Assembly (NCBI GenBank): GCA_905331295.1
Contig: CAJNYD010000015.1
Span: forward strand, 310,001-374,000
Source: Rotaria socialis
Lineage: Eukaryota
Direction of reading: 5' to 3'
Length of the DNA: 64,000 nucleotides
Shown here piece by piece: positions 13,568-26,840 of the stretch (within the stretch, counting starts at the first letter, position 1; each line of letters begins with the position of its first letter). The notes below the pieces were generated by a model. That model did no database searches, was not told the origin of the DNA, and saw only the letters and a list, made by a program, of their open reading frames with translations. A program made the position numbers and the translations under genes.

Positions 13568-15757
13568 TTATTTCATTTTTGTTTTTAAAGTTCTAAAGAT
13601 GCCTGTGATAGATAAATTTCGTGTATAGAAATTAGAAACTTATTCACTATACTTGTTAAATCTATAAAACCTACACTCCATCTAGACTAGTTAACAAAAT
13701 CTTTATGACTATGTTGTACTCGGAATTTTCATTGTATTGTCAGAAATCATTAATAATGTAAGAAAATAATATACAGTTCATTCTAAACAATACTTTAGCA
13801 AAACCGTTTTAAAGAAATCCATCATAAATGGAAAAAATTTCCAGACATATTTTTGTACTCACAAAACATTTCTTTGTATGTTTCTAAAGGTCTTACTTGT
13901 ATGCCCACTAGAATTAGAATTGAAATTTGTCTGCGAATGAGTTCACATTTTTTTATAAGTCCGTCAACCAAAAAAAACGAGCTAGATTGTGTAAAAGTTT
14001 TGAATGTGTGGCAAAATAAATGAGTAAATGAGAATTGGTAGGAAGCCATTAATAATCTACCAGACATATAATAGTCAGAGTTTATCGCAATGGTACACAC
14101 TAAATATATATATATGCAAGACTGTATTCTAGTAATCAAGCACTGATACGTAAATTATCAAGATTTTTCTGGTAAATAAAACTGTACTTCTCTCGAACAA
14201 AAGAAGTTGCATATCTAAGGTTGTGCAATGATGTTTAATAGTTTATCATCGGAAACTCATTATATTTAACAATAATGACCAACAATGACTTTCTCGAACT
14301 TAGATCTTCAATATTGTATATGAATTAGTCTTCTATCATACATATCATTAATTTTTTATCCATGACCTGACATATTTATAATAGACGTCATGTCAATTAA
14401 ACTATAGATTCAAATAACTGTTAACATATAATTATATTTGTCTTTTGTAATCATGAATTAAGCTAGGGCTCATCCAGTTCTTCTTCGTACATTTCTCTCT
14501 CTGATGTTTTATAATTAATTGGGTCATTCTATCAACAATTTGATGACATTGATGTAATGTTTTTTATGATAATTTATGCGTTTTTTGTCTAGGAAAACTA
14601 AAACAATAGCATGTCACCGCGTCTTATTTTGTTTTTGACTTCGCAGTATGATTGTCATAATAACATAGATGATAGATAAACTAAAACGTGCTATGTCATT
14701 TGAATAAAATACTAAAATCCATATTGAGAGGAGAGAAGAAGAAGGCATCATATTTTTGTTATCTGTTCTATTTTATGTGTATCGAATAGTTATATTACAA
14801 TAAGATTCCATTTATTATTAGAATTTTTTAAGATAAGACATAAACAATTTACGATCTACATCTACTGCACATTTAGAGTACACGATTAATTAACATCTAG
14901 AGACTATCTTATGATTATCGAATACTAGTACGCACATCGTTTAACAGCAAAACCTAGACACTAATGTGAAGAAAGAAGAGATAATCTATGTTTACAACCA
15001 TTTAAGAGATCTTTTCAATTCGATAGATTTACTTTTAATTACTCAATCGAGACTATACTTGAATCTTATCAAGGTGAAAATAACAGCATATAGAAATAGG
15101 TTGAAAGTCAAGAATGTATATAGATCTGTCGTTTGTATATTATTCATTATATTGACTTGAATTCAAATATCTTCTTCCTTACGGAACAACAAACTTTGTA
15201 AAACTACAGCAGTGATATTTTTTTTTCTTATCTCACCGAATATTATGCATGTAAATAGGTTGTTGTTTAAATTCAATCAGACTAGATTATGAAAATGAAT
15301 TGAAGAGTACTTATTAAAAAGAATCTAGCAAATAATACTTTTTACTAAAAGAATAAGTACAGTCAGAATTACGTCATAGTAAAAGATCTTAACGCGTCCG
15401 TCGTCTCATTGTGAAAGGAAATCAAACATACTTAAATGACAATAATAGCTCTAGAAACAAGCATAGTAATGATCAGTTTCTCTACGTTATGACTACTCGA
15501 TGACAGTAAACTCGATATTGATGTATGCGATCATTTGTTCTTCGGCATTTATAGATAACAGCATACAATCTAAGCACTAGTTTTGTAGGATATTCAATGA
15601 ATATTTCTTTTAGATAGGGTTTCCTCGAACGCAAATTGAATTTACAAATACTATTTACGAAAACATATGTATGGTATGTTTCAGTTTTTCTTATTGTTTT
15701 TATTGATTTAGAATAATCATCCTTTGAAATACACATCTATTTATAATATTTGATTAT

Positions 15758-15917
15758 CAGGAGCGTAAATAGGAAGGGGCGTGGGACGCAATGCTCCGCC
15801 TGCTTTTGAAATTACTCACGGTGCGCCCCTGCTTCAAAATTTTTTTCTAAGAATCGTAAAAATATAGCCAAAAGCTGTAGTACGCCCCCCTGCTTTGAGA
15901 TCCGAGTTACGCCCCTG
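15758..15917. mobile_element. Small hAT-like MITE
   Basis: CAGGAGCGTAA / TTACGCCCCTG termini. Flanks TTGATTAT and CTGATTAT form an 8-bp TSD with one mismatch. Confidence 0.75.
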
Positions 15918-16864
15918 CTGATTATATCAAGTATTTGACAAATGGAAAAACAAATTATTTTATTATAGACAAAAGAGTGACATGACAAACCAACACGAAC
16001 AGCGTCCGATCCTGATTGGATGTTTTGTTTATCCTTGAATTTTTCAGATTTTGCGATTTAGAACAAACTCAATTATATCTTTCTTCTATTCTCTGAAACA
16101 TCTTAGACGGTTTCAATCTCATCACGCTATGATTCTGTCGACATTTTTCTTTTTAATTAAACAATAATAATCAGACTATCCGATAAATATTTCGACCTCT
16201 TAGCTTAGTCGACATGTATTGTGTATAAAAAACAATATGCTGACTTTCTTTTTTTTATGAATCAACAAGAGCCATATGGTTTTAATGTCTATTCTCTATC
16301 TATCACTATATTCAATAAAAGATAGTAGATGAATGATTTTAGCCATTCAATAGTTTACATATGAATATGATATGAGATTACAGGAGTTCTTAGCAGTATC
16401 TTTCTTTTTGTCTTTCTTTTGATGCTTAAAAATGTTTATTACTCAGTTTCCCTAAGTCAGAATTTTAATAGTGGATGTTTGTTTTTGACATTATTCCTCG
16501 ATGGAAACATTATTCCCAAAATAAGTTTACATAAGAGCAATTGTAAGAACAAGAATTATTAAGTATAATGCTATTGAAATATTCCTATGTAGACAAACTG
16601 ATCTCATACACATGCAACAATGAGAGTAATATTGAACAACAGCGACAACACTAATACGTTAAGTTGAATGATTTATTGAATTAGACAATGAATAGATGCT
16701 TTTGGTTGTAGGCGTAGAAAACAAATCATCGTGCGAGAGGTTAATAATAGATATTTATTTTTACTGAGTTCGAAATAAACTTGTTAAACTACAATAGTTA
16801 TGCATCAAATACTTGTATTTTATTCGCTGACTTCATCAATACATTTATACAAGCTCAGGTGTAC

Positions 16865-17736
16865 TAGAGATGCACCAATTCCAATTCTTGACTTGGAATA
16901 GGAATTGGAATTGGAATTGGAATTGGAATTGGAATTGGAATTAGTCTGAAATCGGTATAGAATTGACTCCAAATGAGTGTAGAATTAACTGAAATTGATG
17001 GTACAATTGATTTTTCTTGATTAGCAAGTGCTTGAATCTGCGAAAAATAAAATAAAGAGAATGGGACGCATAAAGGTCTTAAATCTGAAAATTGAGATTT
17101 TTATCATAACAGCTACAACTTGAGCCATAATTAGTAACATATTTGGAATCAGCGCAAAAAACTGACTCGAACAATGTATATTTTAAATACTCTCGGTAAC
17201 TTCTTTTTTCTACCGAAAATTCATTTGGGGTACTCCTAAGGGTTCAGTCCAATAATAAAAAGTGACTTTTTTTTAGTGCTCAGGCATGTGATTTTGTCTA
17301 TATTGCTAAGCATTTTACATGCTCCATAGTTAATTACTATTGTCCAAGTTGTTTTCTGATTAGTTTCATTTTTTGACTGAACTCTGAGGAGTACCCCAGG
17401 TGAATTTTCGGTTGAAAAAAGAAGTCACCGAGAGTATTTAAAATATACATTTTTCGAGTCAGTTTTTTGCGCTGATTCCAAATATGTTACTAATTGTGGC
17501 TCGAGTTGTAGCTGTTATGATAAAAATCTCAATTTTCAGATTTAAGGCCTTATACGATCCACTTTCTTTATTTTATTTTTGGCAAATTCAAGCACTTGCT
17601 AGTCAAGACTAATCAATTGTACCATCAATTTCAGTTAATTCTACACTCATTTAGAGCCAATTCTATACCGATTTCAGACCAATTCCGACCAATTTTAGGA
17701 ATTGAATTGACTCGAATTGGAATTGGTGCACCCCTA
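16865..17736. mobile_element. hAT-like foldback element with (GGAATT)n subterminal repeat
   Basis: TAGAGATGCACCAATTCC / GGAATTGGTGCACCCCTA termini and inverted arms of roughly 350-380 bp. Flanks AGGTGTAC / ATGTGTAC match at 7 of 8 positions. Confidence 0.85.
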
Positions 17737-17964
17737 ATGTGTACTCTACTACACCCTCATTACTACGATTAACAATATTTTCTATTATATATTTTGGTTC
17801 AAGAGAAGAATCCCATGTGAAGAACAAGGTCATACTTATTTATTAAGTTTCAAGAAGAATACTTCAGTATTTTTGAATAATTTTATTATAGTAGAGCGAC
17901 GTAGTCGACATTGACAAACTTTTGCCTATTTATCTATTTAAGCTTATTATTTGTTTCGTCGTTA

Positions 17965-19318
17965 CCCATGAAAAAATAATTCGAGAACATATGCGTTTCA
18001 ACGAAAGGTTTTTAAAAAACAACGCTATTTTGACGTTTAAACCCAAAATTTTAAGAAAAGAAGGCGTTTTCGTATTGATTAATTTTTCAACAGGTTTTTT
18101 TCATTTGAAAACGCGTTTTAATAAAAGTCATTTAACTGCGTTCTGAAAAAATCATCGTTTTTTGTTTTAAAAAAAGATTCTAAAAAGCTCGCTTAAGCGT
18201 ATTATTTTGAGCGAGTTTAAACTTGCTTTTAATAACGTATCTTTTACGTAAAAAACAGTATATTTCGGAAATACGTTGTAACAGTGTTTTTTAACGAAAG
18301 TAACTCTGCTAAATTACTTCAAAGTATTAAATAAAACAATATTAGTGTTTCAGGCGTCGCATTTCTTTTTTGAATCTTTAGAACTAAAATTTAATTGGTA
18401 TAAACTCGCTTTTCGAACAAAAATATATTAAAAAATAATGAATATGCACTATTTGTTTATTTGTTTATTTTACTATACTTTGTTTAGATAATAGCTTAGT
18501 TTTCTTCTTCTCTCTCGTGACAGCTTGAATATTTATATAGATATACGATCTAGAAGTTTTTGCCAGTATTTTACCTAGTGAAGGATCAAATAAAAAGGTC
18601 ACCAAATACCTAGATTATACTAAAAATCAAAATATTCATATAGTTGAAAACAAGAGAAATTAAAACTATCATTATTTATTATCAAAAAATATTAGGGAGG
18701 GAGTAATTTACATTCATAAGATTGATTGGGTCCAAACAATAATTTTAAAAATTATGTGATTTTGAATGATTTTGAATTTCTTTTCAAAGTAACTTCTCGT
18801 AATTTAGATTGCTTTTATACTCAACTTAATGTAAATTGACATTAAAAAGAAATTGAAAAGAAAATGCTACACTCAGAAACTATTCAAATTAGCTCTAGAT
18901 ATATAATAACATTGATATGAAAAAGGGAAAGACATTATTTCGAAACTTCGGTGCCGAATAAAATACAAAATTTCTTCTTATATTCATTAAGTATAGACGT
19001 GTAATTACTGTAATGTTAACTGTAAGTATTGTGCAGTTCCATCAAGTAAGTCAATTAAAATGTTCAAAGTTCGAATCTATTCATCGTCTCATAGTAAAAT
19101 ATTCTCAATGGTTTAAACGCGTTTATCGAAAAAGACAAGATGTTACGACTGAGAAAAAATGGAATTTACAGAAAGCATTCTTGATTTGCTTTCTTGCGTT
19201 TTTATTGATGAAAAAACCGTTGAAGCACGTTTTATAAAATACGTAAGTGTTCTAGCAAAATCATGTTTGAAAAAAGAACACGTTCAAATGGCCTTTTTTT
19301 TAAATTTTTTTTCGTGGG
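17965..19318. mobile_element. Non-autonomous CMC/EnSpm-like element
   Basis: CCCATGAAAAAA / TTTTTTCGTGGG termini, TA on both flanks, AAACG-rich subterminal regions. Confidence 0.6.
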
Positions 19319-20127
19319 TATAATCTGAGAAAGAGAGAGGAAGACAACATACGCTAAATATCATATTGACTAGAGAATAAAACGGAAGAAATCATCGATA
19401 ATTAGCAAGATTATTCTAGACGTAATACTGCTCATTTGATAAGATTGCTTTCTCGTCTATACGCTTAGGAAGATATAATCTAATAATTGCATGAGTAGAA
19501 CTAAAAGAATTTAAAACAATATTTTAAGAAAATTAGCCATCTCCTAGAACATTATCTATAATCACTATGCCTATGGCTTTTGTAAGACACTCCCAGCTTT
19601 TGCTTTTTGAGTAATAGATTGATTCCTGTCATCCAGGTTACTTTATTCATCCTGTTGTCTATGTGAATACTATCTTCACTAACAAAAAACAGACTTCCAC
19701 GTTTTTTTTACAATAATTTTATTGATAAATATTATTGTTTTTTTACTCAATCCTCTATTCTATTTTTCTCAATATATGTTTTCATAGAAAGAGTTCTTCA
19801 GAAGTAGATCAGTATCCTTCTGCAAGCTTATTATAAGGTGTGGGTAACTCAAAATTACAGCATCTCTCCTCTTTTGCTTAAACATGCATCTGTAGATTCC
19901 CCTTTTCGCGCCGATCGCGGATAACTATTTAGCTTTTTGATTTGACAAAACATTCGTGAGAGAAAATGCAAAATACTAAGAGGGTCTAAAAATCAGGAAA
20001 AAAAATTGTTTTTCAACAAACAACGTGTATTTCTCTAATGTTACACGCTTCATTCGGCACTAGTACATATCGTCGCACGACAGCTCGCCTCAAGACGATT
20101 CGTCGCAATAAAAATTCGTTCTGATAA

Positions 20128-20470
20128 CCCAGGACGAACAATCCGATACCTGGATCCAACCGGGCTCGATCGGTTCCTGCAGGATTCTAAGCAAATCCGG
20201 GTTCCGGACCCACTCACCGATCCCTAGTGTTGGAATCCGATCGATTCTTGCAGGAACCAGTGAAAACCCGATAGGTTTCTTTAGAACCTCGTTGGAATCC
20301 GACTTCTAAAATTCCTATCGAATTCGGTTGTTGGATTTGGTTGGATGTTCACCGGATTCCAACACTAGGGAACCGTTAGTAGTTCTTCAACCCGGAATCT
20401 CATGGAACTTTGTCGGCTCGTCGGATTTTATATGATCCGATCGGATTTGGTATCGGATTCATGCATCTGG
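20128..20470. mobile_element. CMC/EnSpm-like MITE inserted in the left TIR of the host element
   Basis: CCCAGGACGAACAATCCGATACC / GGTATCGGATTCATGCATCTGG termini, AA on both flanks, GGAATCCG repeats. Absent from the right arm of the host. Confidence 0.75.
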
Positions 20471-20495
20471 AACGTTAGTCGTATATAAAGGAGAG

Positions 20496-21304
20496 GGTTT
20501 ATAGGATTTACTGTCCACGGATTTACTGCCCATTGATTGCCTCGAAGAATAGAAATGAACAGAAAAATATTTATCGCAATCAACTATGTATATTTGGAAA
20601 AAAAAGAATTCGAGCAAATGTATGAGGAAATAACAAAGAGAGTAAGAAATTGATTAATAAATAAACCAAAAAAGATGAATGGGCGTTCAACTTTTTGGTG
20701 GACGCTGAAAATATCTAAGTCCAGCAGCTTTTAAGAATGATGGAATATCGATAATTGAGGCAGCATAATTGTCGTTTACCATGGGTAGATTCAGTAAATA
20801 TACCAGACATTTTTAGCAAGAGTATGATAAGAAAACAATTTTCTTTGAATTTATATATTTTTTTATAATTTTTTGTCATATTAATGACTATCTTACCCCT
20901 CAATTTGATGAGCATCCGTCATTTTAAATTGAAAATTTATTCAATAGTTTGCTCATTGGTGACTTTTTGGTTTTTCAACATTTATGTAATTTTTTGTTCA
21001 AAAAAGGGATTGACTGTCAAGACCATTACTCATTTATTAATTTATCTTCTTTGAAGCAATCAATGGACAGTAAATCCTCATACAAAAATAGCGTTAATTG
21101 GAATAATATTTTTCCAACCAATGAACAGTAAATCCTCATACAAAAATAGCGTTAATTGGAATAATATTTTCCCAATCAATGCACAGTAAATCCTCATACA
21201 AAAATAGCGTTAATTGGAATAATATTTTTCCAATCAATGGACAGTAAATCCGTGGACAGTAAATCCGTGGACAGTAAATCCGTGGACAGTAAATCGTGTA
21301 CACG
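20496..21304. mobile_element. Mutator-like (MULE) non-autonomous element
   Basis: 9-bp TSD AAAGGAGAG at 20487-20495 and 21305-21313. TIR core GATTTACTGTCCACGG / CCGTGGACAGTAAATC. Confidence 0.8.
21060..21296. repeat. Tandem repeats inside the MULE-like element: about 58 bp x3, then about 15 bp x4
   Basis: CAGTAAATCCTCATACAAAAATAGCGTTAATTGGAATAATATTTT occurs three times, followed by GGACAGTAAATCCGT repeats. Confidence 0.85.
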
Positions 21305-22772
21305 AAAGGAGAGAGTACATTAATTGAATTAAGTGCTTTTGTTCAATATGTTATTCAATCAATCACCTTCATAAATGTATTCCTTTACAATAATAACACT
21401 CGTTTAATACTACAACTTCTTTTTTTCAAAAAATGACAGAAATGTTAATTTATAATTCATTTTTTTAGAGTAAAAATACCCAAAACTTAAGGTTTAATTC
21501 TAAATAAAATTCTACGAAGTTAATTTTATAATAAATTTAATTTTTTTGAATTAAGATGTAATTAAAATATAGCTTTACATGTAAAAAATTATTTCTCGTC
21601 TTATGAATTTTTTTAAACAAAAATGTGTTACCTCTCAAAAAAGATATCAAAAGAAGACTATTGACTTTTAGAATTTATTCGGATTATTTATTTTTAATGC
21701 TCGTAGTATCGAAAACCTGAAAATCCATTTCAAAAGTTTCCAAAACCACTTCGTATAATAGTCGAGTAAATTTGCGAATTAGAGAAAATTATCTTAGAAA
21801 TTACTGAACGAATTATACAGCTCAAGAGAGAGAACATTTTTCTTGGCTTATCTTAGCTCCAAATTTCATCAGAAATCGTCTCCTTAAAAGACTTGAGTTG
21901 ACTTTCATTTGATAGCAGACTATTTGCAATGTCACAGAAGAATTTTACAGAACTAAGTAATTTTTTCAGTGCTTTTATACAGAACTAGATCATTTTTTCT
22001 TCAAAACGAATCTATTATCCATCATATAGATCTAGTTATTATTCCATAGATCGTACATTAACGTGATTAATTGAATAACATATAGAACAAAAACAATTAA
22101 TTCAATTAATTTTTTTTTGTTTATGCGTATTTTATTCGTGACATCCATATATATTTTTTTTGGTTTTTAAACATTTTTTGCGGACGCCTACGAAAAATTC
22201 AATTAATATACTCTCTTCTTTATATACGACTAACTTATCGCAACGAATTTTTATTGCGACGACGTGTCGTGCGACGATATGTACTAGTGTCGAGTGACAA
22301 GTGTAACATTAGAAAAATACACGTTGTTTGTTGAAAAACAATTTTTTTTTCTGATTTTTAGACCCTCTTAGTATCTTGCATTTTCTCTCACAAATGTTTT
22401 GTCAAATCAAAAACCTCAGTAGATATTCGCGATCATCGCGAAAGGGGAGTCTACTGATGCATGTTTAAGCAAAAGAGAAGAGGTGCTGTAATTTGAATTA
22501 CCCACAACTTATGTTACATTGATTTCTCATCGATTATTATCACAATTTAGCTTTCATAAAGTAACGTGAACCCTAGAATATCAAGAAGGAAACAAGAAAA
22601 GGAGACAGGAAATGGGAGAAAAAGGAAGAGACGATGAAGAACAAAAGAATAGAAGAACAGAAGGGGAAAGAAAAATAATACGTGGAACGTACTTCGATCG
22701 AGTCATTTGTTTTCTCTCATGATTGTATGGCTTTCTAGATTGAAATTATTTTTCTAAGAATACAATCAATCT

Positions 22773-25700
22773 ATGGCTTCACAAGAAGTATCCTCTTTAC
22801 TTGATCTTTATTTTCAATATCCAATAACATTTCTTTCACTACGAGATTTATATACATTTGAAGTGATTATATTACTTATCTACGGTATCATGATTATATT
22901 TTCGTTTTTTACAAATCTTATTGCAATAATTATATTTACTTTCGGTCATCATTCTCGATCCGAACTGTCACCTTTTTTGCTTAATCTATCCGTATTTAAT
23001 ATCATAATGACTGTTTACTGTATGCCATTTACAATTACTTCGCTTATATTTCAACGTTGGTTATATGCACGTGAACTGTGTATTGTACTTGATGTCTTTA
23101 AAACATTTTCTGTGTCGGGTGTACTATTAACATTAATAGGAATAGCCATTGATCGTTATTGTGCTATTAAATATCCATTAGCAATTAAAATCTATTCTGT
23201 TAGTAAAAGAAATATAATTGCATTATTAATTATATGGATATTGAGTATTATCATAGCTGTATTATGGTCACCGGCTAGATCATTGCCAATGCAACAAAAA
23301 CGTTTATGGGTGAATTCTCGTTCATTATTAAAAGATTATATACTTTCCATTGACAATGTTACAGACATATCGAAATCAGATTATTTATTAAAAGATCTAG
23401 ACTATAAAATTGTTGACACAATTCAATGTGTACCAAATAAAGAATCGCGACCAGTTGAAGTTCGACGAACAATATTAAACTTCTTGCAAACATATTTTTT
23501 TCCTCTATTTATTCTTGCTTTTGTTTATCTACGTATAGCAGCTATGCTATGGCAACGTTCTAATGATAAACCTAGTGAAATCAATGGCACAACAATAACA
23601 GTAGATCATTTATTTACTCATGAGAGTATACAATTTAAGAAGAAATTAAAACAAGTAAGTCTATATTTTATTTTACATTTTTAAAATATTCTAGGTGAGT
23701 ACCACTATCATTCACTTTTAAGAGATTGCATCTTTCAGGAGTTCTATTGAAACGACAATCAGCTTGAGATTTTATTATATTTTAAGTTCAATGAGCTTAA
23801 ATGGATCGGAAATTAAAAAAGAAGTATTATTCAAGCTTTTGAGATGTATATGTTGTATAAATAATAGTCGTTTCTTTTGAAAATATCTTTTAATTATTCA
23901 CTGCATATATTTGCTCTGTATTATTTTGTATGCAAATATTCCACTGTTGCAATGAAATAGTACTACCTTACTGTATCAGTATTGTCTGAAGAAATCATCA
24001 TGAGGAGATGAAGAAAAGAAATAGGTTAGCATAAGTAATATAGCCCAAAGATAAACTCATATTTTTAGGTATTGTTTTGATAACTTGAATGTAAAGTACC
24101 CAGCTATCTCGCGTGAATTTGACTATGTGGTTCATTTGTTTACAATGAAAAACCAATGATTGTTTTTTATAAATATTCAATCACATATGATTTGAGACTT
24201 AGTTCATTTGATTATGATATATTTTTCTGTTCTATAATTGTTATATTTAGATAGGCCGAATAGTAAGATATTTTAAAATAGGATTTACATTCTCTCTGAC
24301 AGAATTATGATTTTTTCCAAATATATCTTGTCCTCATTTATTAAAGTAATAGTTAATATTGGAAATCTATCAAATTTGACATCGCGTGAACACAAAAAAT
24401 GTGAATAAAAGTATTACATAAAAATAGATGACAGGCTTCGGAATAGTTGCATGACTGATTTATGTTGGAAAAATTAATCCGATTAATACACGTGGAAAAA
24501 ACTGTCTAATGAAATTGTATTCATCATTTTGTCACTTCGATTTGTATCTGTCAAAATGTTATATTCCCACTCTCATTAGCAAAAAAACACGATTAACAAT
24601 GTTCACTAAAAATACTACGCACAGATTGCCGTTTCATGGTGTTTGCTGGTTTAGTTTGTATTCTTTTGCTTTCCAAATTGATTATATTCGAGTGTGCAGA
24701 TTTACACTTAAAATTGCGGTTTGGTTAAATATAAACAAGGACAATTGATTTCTATAGGCCACATAGATGTACAATGTTGTTTTCGAAAATTCTATATGAA
24801 TAATACGAATTATGTCGACGTCATAAAAGCAATGACTGGGTTTATTATAATTAAAAGCATATATTATAAAAATGAAATCTCCAATGTCCTCATCTCTCTT
24901 TTATGTGAGACAAGAATTTCTTTAATTTTGCAGAAACAATTAATATAGAAAAAATTCTATCAAGAGAATTTCTATAAGTGAATTGCTGATTTGTTTCATA
25001 ATGTAAGAATTTCAATAAGAACAAGAAATAAACATTTACTAGTTACATCATTCGTATGTTCGCAGATTTTTCAGTGACCTGGTTTCACTGCGATGCAAAG
25101 ATTCTAACGAGTTTTTCAATTGCTGAAGTACCCAAAAAAAGATTTATTTTTCTTCTTCAACTGAGAACTCATTATGCGATAATGTATCGGTTAAGAAGCT
25201 TGCATTATTTTTGTAAGATTTTAAAGCATAAATATGCAGGAAATAAATTGTTGAAATAATTCGTTGTATGTGTTTCCAATAGAAAATAAAAATTTCATAA
25301 AGAATATCACTAAAAACAATAAGAAATTCTTCACTATCTTTTCGTTAATGACTGATAACCATGTTCGCATTTGTTGGATGCAACGACCACTAAACAAAAA
25401 AATTTGATTCAAATATTTATGTTGAGTTAATTGGTGCCAAAGACCGACGAAGGTCCTGAATGTAGTACACCATCCATTAGTTTTTATTTTCACCAAGTCA
25501 AAAGAATAGAGCAGCTGGAATTTTAATATATATAGACAGTAGGAATCATAATGAGGCAGTAGAAAATTTTCCTAGAAAACTCACGTTTCAAAAACAAGTA
25601 GCAATGTAATCACGAGATAACTAACTTAACTTTTTTTTAAATGTTTTAGGGTATTAAAATGATAATTGCTGTCGTTGTTTTATATGCTGTACTTTGGCTA

Positions 25701-26086
25701 CCAATGAATGTATTTCAATTATCTCTCAATTTACTTTGCTATCAAGGAACCTATTATCAGAATTTTTGTAGTCATACAACATTGCTACAACTTCTTTATA
25801 TAGGATCTCATTTTTTAACTGTATCAAATACAGCCATCAATCCTATTATTTATGGTTTTGCTCATATACGTTTTCGAGTAAATTAATTTTCGAATAAATA
25901 ATTCTTAATTGTTGGTTGTTTATTTAGAATGATATTCGAGATGTAAGACTTTGTCTATTTCATTGTCAAGGACGATCACCATTTAACTGTACTACGAGAT
26001 TTCCACGAACAATTTCAAATGAACTTCCAGATCGAAATCAAGATTCTAAATTGAAACTAACTTTATTATCAAAAACTGTAAAATAA
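22773..26086 (+). CDS. Class A (rhodopsin-family) GPCR, neuropeptide-receptor-like, 422 aa. Exons 22773-23654, 25650-25877, 25928-26086
   Basis: Seven hydrophobic segments with TM1 N, CMPF in TM2, IAIDRYCAIKYP, FPL..Y in TM5, LWLP in TM6 and NTAINPIIY in TM7. Phase-0 GT-AG introns join in frame to TAA. Confidence 0.9.
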
Positions 26087-26573
26087 ACTGATTTTCAGCG
26101 TCTCGTATTAATTTAAGACATGAAAACGTAGCAATATTAGTTACTAGTGACAAAAGTTTTGCTATATAGTAACGGGTGTCAATATTATTATTTTATTTTT
26201 ATTCATTTATTATTGGATGAATATTGTAGTATGCTTGTTGTTTTTGTTGTTGTTGTTGTCTTAGATTATTTTTTTCTTGTTATTATTAATTTCGTTTTGC
26301 TTGATTAAAACTGAAATATTGAAAATGAATGCGTTCGGATATTACCAAGTGACGGCAAAATATGTTCTCTAGTCGCTAGCAACTCACATTAACATGTGGA
26401 GTCACGCGTCTTCCCCTCGTTTTTTTGGTCATGCTTGATTGATATACTGACTCAATTCCTTTTTCATATACATATAAATTGCGAAGTTGCATTACAACCT
26501 ATAGCATACATTGAATTATTCGACGACATTCGTAGTCTATACAGATTCTTCTGTTACAAATAAATATACTAAC

Positions 26574-26840
26574 ATGAGTTTTCCAACTGGTATGAACACT
26601 GGCACGGGCTTACATTATCAAAATGTGGCTGCTCGAATGAATTCTTATGTAAATCATAATGGCAACCACAGCCTTCAACATGTTAATGGTGGATTTCATC
26701 AAATGCCAGTATCCCATGGAGTAGCCTATGGATCGAATCATTATTTTGCTGGAGTTCCTCATTTGGGCGTAGATCCCGTGATTGCTAATAATGCTGGTGG
26801 ATTCGCAAGAACATTCATGAGACATCTATTCACTCATTAG
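26574..26840 (+). CDS. Small single-exon orphan protein, 88 aa, His/Gly/Asn-rich
   Basis: ATG 26574 to TAG 26840, GC raised relative to the flanks, TATAAAT about 100 bp upstream. No recognised domain. Confidence 0.5.
   Translation: MSFPTGMNTGTGLHYQNVAARMNSYVNHNGNHSLQHVNGGFHQMPVSHGVAYGSNHYFAGVPHLGVDPVIANNAGGFARTFMRHLFTH

Larger units (their letters stand above)
19833..22512. mobile_element. Long-TIR non-autonomous DNA transposon carrying two nested insertions
   Basis: 19833-20127, continuing at 20473-20495 and 21314-21330, is the reverse complement of about 22195-22512, giving arms over 300 bp. Exact TSD is ambiguous. Confidence 0.85.

Noticed and set aside
16900..16942. (GGAATT)n as a possible telomeric repeat
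   Set aside because: It lies inside the TIR region of a hAT-like element and is partly mirrored at the other end.
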